Assembly (NCBI GenBank): GCA_964506645.1
Contig: CAZDML010000004.1
Span: 1 to 43,981, forward strand
DNA length: 43,981 nucleotides
Direction of reading: 5' to 3'
Source of the DNA: an uncultured Elusimicrobia bacterium
Lineage (GTDB): Bacteria; Elusimicrobiota; Elusimicrobia; 2-01-FULL-59-12
Positions 33,101-40,794 of this stretch are shown piece by piece; position 1 is the stretch's first letter, and each line of letters begins with the position of its first letter. The notes under the pieces were generated by a model. It was not told the origin of the DNA. It searched no databases and saw nothing but the letters and a program-made list of their open reading frames with translations. A program made the translations under genes and the position numbers.

Positions 33101-34003
33101 TTACCAGGTTTTTGATTTTTCCAGAATATAGACGGGAACGTTGTAGCGGTTAAACTTCGCTTCTTCGTATTTGTCTTTGACGGCCAGATCAATGCGCAGT
33201 CCTTTAATGGCGCTGCCGGTATCAGCGGCATACGCGTACCCATATCCCTTCACATACAGCCGCGTCCCGAGCGGAATCACCGTGGGATCCACGGCCACCA
33301 ACCCCCGTTGCAATTTAAACCCCAGATAGGTTGTATCGCTGGGGACATACTTTTCACCCACGTAATAGCCCGTCGCGCGCAGGTGCAGCACTTTGCATTT
33401 ACTCAGGTCATAGACTTTTTCCGGCAGATTGTTATTTTTGAGCAGCGTGAGCGTATAGCTCGGGTGTTTGATGACTTTGCTTTTGAGGATTTTTCGGGAG
33501 GCTTCGGTCCCGTTGTGCAGTGTCTTTTCCACGCGCCGCACGATTTCTTTAACCACGCCTTTACGCACGAGTACTTTGCGCAGGTTGCCGGTGAGACGCG
33601 TTTGTTCCGTGATAATCAGCGGGGTGGTCTGGGTCTCAGTTTCGATTTGGCGCGTCACGCGGACGACTTTAATCGTGGTGTGACGCTGCAGGAGATCGGC
33701 GGGTGGTGGTAGACAAAAATCGTCTTTGCCGAGCACAATGTTCCGTTCGGCCAGAGCGTCTCCAACCGTTTTGACGTGGGTACGGTAGGTCTGAATTTTC
33801 CCGTCCGCTTGGATGGCAATGACAGGCGTATTCCAACGGCGTATGCCTCCGCCTAAAAGAAGAATTAAGAAAGCAATTTCCAGCGAGACCACCACCGGAT
33901 GGCGGCGGATATCAAACCAGGAAAGAACATCACGCGGCGAATGCCGCCGCTCAGGAGAGTCGGAAGAGGGCTCGTGCATTGGCGCTAGTGACCCGGGCAA
34001 CAT
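33101..34003 (-). CDS. DUF348-G5-3D domain cell-wall remodelling protein (YabE/Sps-like)
   Basis: TM anchor; TVGDALAERNIVLGKDD (DUF348); G5; 3D domain with all three Asp (VAVDP, ADTG, RID). Follows tatD as in the conserved metG-tatD-yabE cluster. Confidence 0.85.
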   Translation of the reverse strand: MLPGSLAPMHEPSSDSPERRHSPRDVLSWFDIRRHPVVVSLEIAFLILLLGGGIRRWNTPVIAIQADGKIQTYRTHVKTVGDALAERNIVLGKDDFCLPPPADLLQRHTTIKVVRVTRQIETETQTTPLIITEQTRLTGNLRKVLVRKGVVKEIVRRVEKTLHNGTEASRKILKSKVIKHPSYTLTLLKNNNLPEKVYDLSKCKVLHLRATGYYVGEKYVPSDTTYLGFKLQRGLVAVDPTVIPLGTRLYVKGYGYAYAADTGSAIKGLRIDLAVKDKYEEAKFNRYNVPVYILEKSKTW

Positions 34004-34781
34004 CCTCAGAGGGTTTATTTTTTAAAGCAGCAATTTCACGGCCGATGACCGCAATGGCATGCGGTTCATTACGTTGACCGCGCTGCGACTGCGGCGGTAG
34101 ATACGGGGAGTCGGTTTCCAGCACGATACGTTCCAAAGGCATTTGACGCACCACCTGCTGCAGGAGTTTTGCCGACGGGTACGTGACAGGACCGTCAAAG
34201 CCTAACATAAATCCATGCAGGAGATAGGTTTGCGCGTCTGGCCAGCCTCCAGAAAAACAGTGGATCACGCCGTTTGGACGCGGGCAATCCAGAGCACCGG
34301 ATGTTTCGGGGAAAAATTCGGCCAGGCGTTTTTGAATGTCCTTCTGTGCGGGACCGGCTTGCGGATGTTCCTGAGCATCACGGCAATGAATCACAATGGG
34401 CATTCCGGCTTCGCGCGCCAACTCAAGTTGACGGCAAAAGAGATAGTCCTGCTGCTCTTTCGTGTTCTGCATCCGGTGGTAATCGAGCCCGAATTCACCC
34501 ACGGCAACCACCTTGGGATGTTTCATCAACTCCCTGAGTTGGGTGGAAAGCGCGGTCCACTCGGCCGGACCGTACGTATGTGCATAGTGCGGATGAATCC
34601 CCAGTGCGGCGTAAATGGTCGGCGTTGATTCGGCCAGGGCCACCGCTGCATCCCACATATCGGGCGACTCGGCAATTTCGATGAGGGTGGTGACTCCGGC
34701 GTCACGCGCACGGGACAGCGCGGCGTCGCGGTCGTGAGCGAACTTCTCGTCGTTAACGTGGCAGTGAGTGTCGGTCCACAC
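33951..34781 (-). CDS. tatD: TatD family DNase/exonuclease
   Basis: DTHCH, GIHPH, VGEFGLDY, IHCRDA, IHCFSG, LETDSPYL. Confidence 0.95.
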   Translation of the reverse strand: MWTDTHCHVNDEKFAHDRDAALSRARDAGVTTLIEIAESPDMWDAAVALAESTPTIYAALGIHPHYAHTYGPAEWTALSTQLRELMKHPKVVAVGEFGLDYHRMQNTKEQQDYLFCRQLELAREAGMPIVIHCRDAQEHPQAGPAQKDIQKRLAEFFPETSGALDCPRPNGVIHCFSGGWPDAQTYLLHGFMLGFDGPVTYPSAKLLQQVVRQMPLERIVLETDSPYLPPQSQRGQRNEPHAIAVIGREIAALKNKPSEDVARVTSANARALFRLS

Positions 34782-34784
34782 CGG

Positions 34785-36311
34785 TTATTTCCTGGGGAAA
34801 AGCGGGGTGCCTTTCTGGGTGAGCTGTCCTGCGGCAAGCTCCACACGGGTCGGGTCTTCGAAGAAGGCTCGGGCGCTCGTCGTGAAATCATCGGTTTGAC
34901 CCAGCTGACGCCAGATGGTTAGCGTTGTTTCCGGCATAAACGGCCAGAGGTAATACAAAATCATTTTCAGGGATACCAAGACGCCATAGAGCACATCTGG
35001 AATATCGGCCGGGTTTTCTTTGGCCATCTTCCACGGGGCCATCCGCTCGATAAATCCATTCACAGCGCTGATTGCTTTCCAGATTTCAGCCAGCGCCAAA
35101 TGAAAGGCCTGGTTCTCGAGATGGGCTGGGACATTCTTTACGAGAATCGCGCCCACTTCGGTGATGATTTCGCGGCGGGTTTGTGAGACTGGAATCTTTC
35201 CTTCGGAATATTTTTCCACCATGGTCAGTGCGCGCGAAATCAGGTTGCCCATGTTGTTGGCCAAAGCGGCGTTGTAGGCCGTTTTCATTAAATCTTTGGT
35301 GAAATCGCCGTCCGCGCCAAAGGGGAAAGCCGAGAGCAGAAGATAGCGCGTTCCTTCCACACCGTATTCCGAAATTAACTCGGCGGGGCGCACCACATTG
35401 CCCATGCTTTTGGACATTTTCTGGCCGTTGACGGTAAAAAAGCCGTGGGTAAAAACTTTTTTGGGCAGTTTCATACCGGCTGCCATCAGAAGTGCCGGCC
35501 AGATGACCGCATGGAACCACAAAATGTCTTTCGCCATCAGATGTAGATCGGCTGGCCACCATTCTTCCATTCGCTTTTGGTTTTCTGGATAACCCAGCGC
35601 TGTCAGGTAATTGATGAGGGCATCGACCCAGACATAGGTTGTCTGGGAGCGGTCCCAGGGTAGCGGAATCCCCCAGGCCAGCGTCGCCCGCGAGATGCTG
35701 ATATCGTTCACGTCTTGCTTGAGCTTGCCGATAACTTCATTGCGGCGCTCGATCGGAAAAATTTTGAAATGGTTGGGGTGGCTTTCGTCCGTGATCGCCG
35801 TAAGCAGGTCGTTTTTATAATGAGAGAGGCGGAAAAAGTAATTGTCTTCTTCTTGTACTTCCGGCTTGATGCGGTGATCGGGGCAGAGCCCACCGATGAG
35901 TTCGTCGTCCGTATAAAAACGTTCGCACTGAACACAGTATTTGCCCTGGTAACGGCCTTTGGAGATGGCCCCTTTGTCCCAGAGTGTCTTGAGGAAGGTT
36001 TGTACCGCACGCGCATGTTCCGGCATCGTGGTGCGGATAAACATGTCGTTGGTGATGTTGAGAGATTTCCAGGCCGATTGAAATTGTGCGGCGATTTCAT
36101 CGGTATAAAGCTGCGGATCTTTGTTGTGCGCGGCGGCGGCTTGGGCGATCTTGGTTCCGTGCTCATCGGTTCCGGTCAGGAAAAAGACTTCGTCCCCAAT
36201 CAAGCGGTGCCAGCGCGCCAGGACGTCCGCGGCCACAGTGGTATAGGCGTGCCCGATATGCGGCACATCATTGACGTAGTAAATGGGTGTTGTGAGATAG
36301 TATCGGGTCAT
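34785..36311 (-). CDS. metG: Methionine--tRNA ligase (short form, no C-terminal tRNA-binding domain)
   Basis: YLTTPIYYVND, HIGH, GTDEHG, YVWVDAL, KDILWFH, KMSKS. Confidence 0.97.
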   Translation of the reverse strand: MTRYYLTTPIYYVNDVPHIGHAYTTVAADVLARWHRLIGDEVFFLTGTDEHGTKIAQAAAAHNKDPQLYTDEIAAQFQSAWKSLNITNDMFIRTTMPEHARAVQTFLKTLWDKGAISKGRYQGKYCVQCERFYTDDELIGGLCPDHRIKPEVQEEDNYFFRLSHYKNDLLTAITDESHPNHFKIFPIERRNEVIGKLKQDVNDISISRATLAWGIPLPWDRSQTTYVWVDALINYLTALGYPENQKRMEEWWPADLHLMAKDILWFHAVIWPALLMAAGMKLPKKVFTHGFFTVNGQKMSKSMGNVVRPAELISEYGVEGTRYLLLSAFPFGADGDFTKDLMKTAYNAALANNMGNLISRALTMVEKYSEGKIPVSQTRREIITEVGAILVKNVPAHLENQAFHLALAEIWKAISAVNGFIERMAPWKMAKENPADIPDVLYGVLVSLKMILYYLWPFMPETTLTIWRQLGQTDDFTTSARAFFEDPTRVELAAGQLTQKGTPLFPRK

Positions 36312-37267
36312 TGTTGACGTCGAAGTGTAGCAAGTTGGAGGAGTAAATTGTCGTACACAAGTCCGGGCTGCACATTGTGTCGCAGTTGGATCTGTGCCTG
36401 TTCAATGAGTCGCACAGAGGATTGCGCGGGCATGTAGCCGGAGTGTAGTGCCCGCCAGGCGGGAACGAGCAGGTGGCTTAGACGCTCTTCCACATCGGGC
36501 CGTGTGAGGCGGTTGGCTTTGGTTCGACGTTCGGGCCCAGAGACAATTTCGCCTGCTTTCTTGTGAGCGAGAGATTCCCAGAGGTCTTCTGCTTCACGAA
36601 TCGCTTCAATTTGTTCGGCTCTCCCCAGGTGGAGCGCGCGGCCGGGCGATCCGAGCGCGAGTTCGATCAAGCGGATCCGGTCTTCCTCGGCAACACCTTG
36701 CTGCGCAAGGCATTTCTGCATCTCCTCATCGCTCAAAGGACGAAAGCGAATGGGTTGGCAGCGCGACAAAATCGTTTGGAACAGCCGGTCACGAAAGGGC
36801 GTGAGTAAAAAGAGCGCGGTATGTTCGGGCGGCTCTTCCAGAATCTTGAGAAGCGCGTTAGCGGCATCCGCGGTGAGACGCTCGGCGTCATCCAAGATCG
36901 AGACTTTCCATCGGCCTTCCCCGGCGCTCTGTAGCAGACGGCGCCGTTCGTTTTGGATCGTTTCCATGCGCAGGGACTGCTGCTTTTCGATCGGTTCGCC
37001 GCGCTCGGCCGCCTGACTGAACAAGCTGATCACGCGCACATCCGGGTGATTGCCTGCGGCGATCTTCTTGCAGCTTAAACACGCGTCCGCGTTGCAGGGC
37101 TTCTTGGCGGCCGAACAGTTGAGTGCCTTTGCCACTTCGATGGCCAGCGTACGTTTGCCAACCCCTTCCGGACCAAAAAACAGCAACGGGTGCGTTGTTT
37201 CTTTAGTGACCCAACGCTGACAGAGGTCGACGGCCAGGGACTGTCCGATAATGGAAGAAAAGCTCAT
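36308..37267 (-). CDS. holB: DNA polymerase III delta' subunit
   Basis: GPEGVGK, Zn-Cys cluster, HPD, ANALLKILEEPP, TILSRC. Confidence 0.93.
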   Translation of the reverse strand: MSFSSIIGQSLAVDLCQRWVTKETTHPLLFFGPEGVGKRTLAIEVAKALNCSAAKKPCNADACLSCKKIAAGNHPDVRVISLFSQAAERGEPIEKQQSLRMETIQNERRRLLQSAGEGRWKVSILDDAERLTADAANALLKILEEPPEHTALFLLTPFRDRLFQTILSRCQPIRFRPLSDEEMQKCLAQQGVAEEDRIRLIELALGSPGRALHLGRAEQIEAIREAEDLWESLAHKKAGEIVSGPERRTKANRLTRPDVEERLSHLLVPAWRALHSGYMPAQSSVRLIEQAQIQLRHNVQPGLVYDNLLLQLATLRRQQ

Positions 37268-37884
37268 GCAAGAAATTTTTCGATGGCAGCGCGAATGAGC
37301 GCCTGTGTTTTGTTCATGTCAGGTTGTTGCTGGATCACTCGAAATCGTCTCGGTTCTTTTTTCGCTAGGGCCAAAAAACCTTTTCGCACATTGTTATGGA
37401 ACGTGGCGCCGGCCAATTCCATGCGGTCGTGGCCGTTCTTGGCCTTCTTGGCTTGCTTCAAGCCTTTGTCGGAAGCGACATCGAGCAAAATAGTTAAGTG
37501 AGGAACCAGTCCACCGGAAGCGACTTTATTGAGGTGGGAGATCATTTTCGTATCCAGTCCACGCCCATACCCCTGATAGGCCAGAGTCGAGTCGGTGTAA
37601 CGGTCACAGATCACCAGGGTTCCCTTCTTAAGATACGTGCGGATCAGCGAGACATGCTGGGCGCGGTCGGCTTCAAACAGGAGAAGTTCAGCCTTGGGAT
37701 CCAGCGGTACCTTGGTTTGGAGCAGGATCTGGCGAATGGGTTGGGAGAGCTCGGTCCCCCCGGGTTCACGGGTCGTGACCACGGAGAATCCCTGCGCTTC
37801 CAGCCAGGGCGCCAAAAGCCGGATATGCGTGGATTTCCCACTGCCTTCCGGCCCTTCAAAGGTAATAAAAATGCCCTTCTTCAT
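37264..37884 (-). CDS. tmk: Thymidylate kinase
   Basis: FITFEGPEGSGKST, TREPGG, ADRAQH, CDRYTDSTLAYQGYGRG. Confidence 0.97.
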   Translation of the reverse strand: MKKGIFITFEGPEGSGKSTHIRLLAPWLEAQGFSVVTTREPGGTELSQPIRQILLQTKVPLDPKAELLLFEADRAQHVSLIRTYLKKGTLVICDRYTDSTLAYQGYGRGLDTKMISHLNKVASGGLVPHLTILLDVASDKGLKQAKKAKNGHDRMELAGATFHNNVRKGFLALAKKEPRRFRVIQQQPDMNKTQALIRAAIEKFLA

Positions 37885-37893
37885 AGCGGTCTC

Positions 37894-37899
37894 ATTATA
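37894..37899 (-). promoter_or_regulatory. -10 box TATAAT 9 nt before the tmk ATG
   Basis: Minus strand TATAAT-gagaccgct-ATG; no SD. Confidence 0.5.
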
Positions 37900-37923
37900 C
37901 TTGGATCGTCGGTGACAGGTCGA

Positions 37924-38208
37924 CTAAGCGGCGTGCTTGAGGAGAGTTTCGTTAATGATCGTCTGATAGCCAATACCGCGGCGCTTCGCTTCGGCCTTTG
38001 CCCAAGCCAACGCTGCTGGGTGCAGCCGAATAAACGTCGGCTTGTATTTGTGCTCATCTAATTTAGGCGGTCGTCCACGCGGAGGGCGTTTAACGCCCAA
38101 TTTGCGCTCAATCGCTTTCCTGCCGGCTTCTACTTCCTCCGGCGTGGCACGTCTTGATTTGGAGAAATCAAAATCTCTTTCCAGATCTTTATCGTCGTTG
38201 TGCTTCAT
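37924..38208 (-). CDS. brnA: BrnA antitoxin of type II TA system
   Basis: DFDFSK..RGRPPK..IRL..LAWAK..GYQTIINETL; AAAGGA RBS before ATG 38208; overlaps brnT. Confidence 0.88.
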   Translation of the reverse strand: MKHNDDKDLERDFDFSKSRRATPEEVEAGRKAIERKLGVKRPPRGRPPKLDEHKYKPTFIRLHPAALAWAKAEAKRRGIGYQTIINETLLKHAA

Positions 38209-38464
38209 AGTGTTTCCTTTCTCGCTGATTCGCTTTGCGAGCACTGATAATTCGGCATACGGTGTCATCCTTGCGCAAAGTAACGATCACGAGCAGCAGA
38301 CCTTCCTCATATCTTGTTTCAGATCGTGACGAATGGAGAGGATCATCTTCAATCCGATGGTTCGGATCATCAAAAATCGTGATGGCCAGCTCAAACAAAA
38401 CCCCATGCTTGATAACGTTCGTAAGCGCCTTCCCAAAATCCCACTCATAATCTGTATATACCAT
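38189..38464 (-). CDS. brnT: BrnT family ribonuclease toxin (possibly with short internal deletion)
   Basis: EWD..K..N..KHG..FE.A..IFDDP..RIISARKA..ER..YE. Confidence 0.88.
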   Translation of the reverse strand: MVYTDYEWDFGKALTNVIKHGVLFELAITIFDDPNHRIEDDPLHSSRSETRYEEGLLLVIVTLRKDDTVCRIISARKANQRERKHYEAQRR

Positions 38465-38535
38465 AATAAACCCTTCCTTTCAACTTCTTAGAGTCAAAAA
38501 GAAGGGATTTATTCCATATTCAGGCGATAAAAAGC

Positions 38536-38640
38536 CTCAGCCCCCTGAGAGCGTCCTTGCGTCCCGCCAGCTTCGCTGGGTGGGACTGTCCCGCTTCCTA
38601 TAAAAATAGGGTGGCGGGACGAACGCTTCAGGGGGCTGAG
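38536..38640. repeat. 105-nt nested palindromic intergenic element (REP/MITE-like)
   Basis: CTCAGCCCCCTGA/TCAGGGGGCTGAG (13 bp perfect), AGCGT/ACGCT, CGTCCCGCC/GGCGGGACG, plus an internal second GTCCCGC and a CCTAT-aaaa-ATAGG hairpin. Confidence 0.8.
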
Positions 38641-38684
38641 TGTGATCCTGCTACGGCCCTTAGGCAAGTAGGCAGGTCAGATTT

Positions 38685-40646
38685 TTATGCAGAGAACCCA
38701 AAGGCCACCTTCGCCAGGGTTTTCTTACGCTCTTCTTCAATGCGTGCGCGCATGAAGGGTGCTGTCAGCGCATCGGCTGCTGTACCGAAGAGTTTTTCGG
38801 CGGCTTGAGCGAGCTCCGCGGGAAGTTCCATGCCCTGATCCACATACGATTGAATCTGGCTTGCCATAGATTCCATTTTCTGGATGCGCCGTACCACAGA
38901 CGTCGTCCAACCCACAAAACTTACAGCAGCACCGACGGCAAGGAGCAAAGCCATCGGGCCCGTGTCCATTGTGGCCACCGCAGGGATGCCAAAGCCATCC
39001 GCAAAAGCGGCCGAGGGAAAAAGCAAGAGCGTCGCGGCCAGCGTGAGCGTACGCAGGATCCATTTTTTCTTTCCTGTTTTTGCTTTATCGCTCCAAACAA
39101 GCCCCCCCACAAAAACTCCAAGGCTTAAGACACCCCGGACGATCGTGGTCCACGGATTGCTCGGCTGCTTCGGAGTTTGCATATCTTCATCAAAAAATGT
39201 GCCTTTGGGTTGTGAAGCTGCGGAATCGGCTTTTTTGGGGGCGAGAGGCATTTCCATACTTACCCCACCCACAGTTGCTTTTTCTTGGGTAGGAACGCTT
39301 GCTGAAACAGCCGCAGTCTCACGAGGTGCTTCTACTGCCATGCGGAGCTGCGGACGGGAAGAGCCCATGGGAGCGTCTTGTCCCAAAGCCATGCTCCCTG
39401 CGCCAGCGAGTACAAGTGCTAGCATCGCGCGTACGCTCAGCCGGCGGACAGATCCCGCAGCAGCGGCCAGACTCGCCGTTACTTGTCCTGCCGCATGAAA
39501 AGGACGGGTAAGACCCGCTGCGGCCCAATCCTTACCGGAGGACAACTGCTCCGGTGTCAAATGCTTGCCCAGCATGCGGTTGATGTAGAGCATCTCATCG
39601 ATTTTGGAGTGCTTGCGCACGTTGGGGGAAATCACGGCATAGCTTAAGCCTTGCTGTTTTAAAAGCTGGGTAATTCCATCGGTATGGAAGCCGCCCACGA
39701 CCATGACGGTGGTGGTCTGGTGATCAAGAGCGCGCAACTTCAGGCTGTTCTTAAAAAGTTCTTTATCGCGCATGAGGGCAACGACGTAGTAGTCAATCGC
39801 CGCGGACACCGGCATGAGCAGGGTGTTCGCCTCATCTTTTGGCAGCGCCTGTTGCAGGTGCAGCAGAGCCGCGCTGGCATTTTTTACGGCTGGGCCAAAT
39901 TCTTCTGGCGTGAGATCGAGATTCGCAAGTTGTTCCACGGCCGCAATTTCGTTGTCGAGCTCGGCAGCGTTGGTGCGAGCCATGGGTGTTTCCTTATTAA
40001 CGCGCTGAAGCGCCCCGCGGAGAATCGATAGGTTTTCGCGCAGTGCCATACGGGCCTGATACGACTTGGCAAAGAAATCGAGAGCCGATTGATAGAGCGG
40101 CATCGTCTCAATACCGTAGAGGCTGCCCTCGCCTTCGGTGACCACATAATGAAAGTCACCCGGCATTTCACCTTGGCGGATCAAATAATCGGCAGCCTGG
40201 GTGCGGGATTTTGCGTCGCCTATTTTCTGCATGGCCGAGACATCAACAGGACCTTCCTGGCCTTCAACCGCGATGCGGTTGGGAAGCAGGTTCATGCCTT
40301 TAAGCGTTTTCAAAATTTTGGAGATCGCAAACTGAACCGAGCGGTTGGCGTGGAGATCCTGAATCAGGATGACGTCCGGTGTGAACCCGGTGGTCAATGT
40401 TTTCGCCGAGTAGACATCGGATACGAAGCCAATCGATTTGGAGAGCGGTAGCGAGAAAGAAGCTCCCATCGGTGCCGCGTGAGACGTCACCGGTACCGAG
40501 GTTCCCGCGATGGCCGCGCTTAAGCTCACGGCCATAAACTTCGTGGCCATGCGGCGGCGCTGGGTGTTCGAGAAGGTCGATACCATGACCGGCTCAAGCG
40601 TCTCGCGATTAAAAATCCATTGAATAAAGTCGGTTAAACGTTTCAT
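38685..40646 (-). CDS. Exported protein with TIKI/TraB/ChaN-like N-terminal domain followed by internal signal-peptide-like segments and TMs
   Basis: GGAG RBS before MKRLT (40646); signal ..SVPVTSHA; ILIQDLH..IAVEG..LYGIE..RDKELF..VVGGFH..SYAVISP (~39618-40375). Confidence 0.8.
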   Translation of the reverse strand: MKRLTDFIQWIFNRETLEPVMVSTFSNTQRRRMATKFMAVSLSAAIAGTSVPVTSHAAPMGASFSLPLSKSIGFVSDVYSAKTLTTGFTPDVILIQDLHANRSVQFAISKILKTLKGMNLLPNRIAVEGQEGPVDVSAMQKIGDAKSRTQAADYLIRQGEMPGDFHYVVTEGEGSLYGIETMPLYQSALDFFAKSYQARMALRENLSILRGALQRVNKETPMARTNAAELDNEIAAVEQLANLDLTPEEFGPAVKNASAALLHLQQALPKDEANTLLMPVSAAIDYYVVALMRDKELFKNSLKLRALDHQTTTVMVVGGFHTDGITQLLKQQGLSYAVISPNVRKHSKIDEMLYINRMLGKHLTPEQLSSGKDWAAAGLTRPFHAAGQVTASLAAAAGSVRRLSVRAMLALVLAGAGSMALGQDAPMGSSRPQLRMAVEAPRETAAVSASVPTQEKATVGGVSMEMPLAPKKADSAASQPKGTFFDEDMQTPKQPSNPWTTIVRGVLSLGVFVGGLVWSDKAKTGKKKWILRTLTLAATLLLFPSAAFADGFGIPAVATMDTGPMALLLAVGAAVSFVGWTTSVVRRIQKMESMASQIQSYVDQGMELPAELAQAAEKLFGTAADALTAPFMRARIEEERKKTLAKVAFGFSA

Positions 40647-40794
40647 GCGAGTCTCCAATAAGTCGTTATTCGCTTTCTTGTGACTTTAAGAGTGTACCGG
40701 AAGAGCCAAAGTAGGTAAATAGAACCCAAGGCCAAAAATGGAGGTCTTTTGGGCCCAGGGGTTTCCTGGGTCCCGGCGTCACGGCGATGTCGCA

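Noticed and set aside
33055-33243. 62-aa minus-strand ORF
   Set aside because: Alternative frame of the 3D-domain gene running into repeat copy 3.
35715-36317. 200-aa + strand ORF (also 38884-39498, 37498-38061, 9352-9837 and similar)
   Set aside because: Antisense to clearly identified genes (metG, TIKI-like, tmk, rlmD); no recognisable features.
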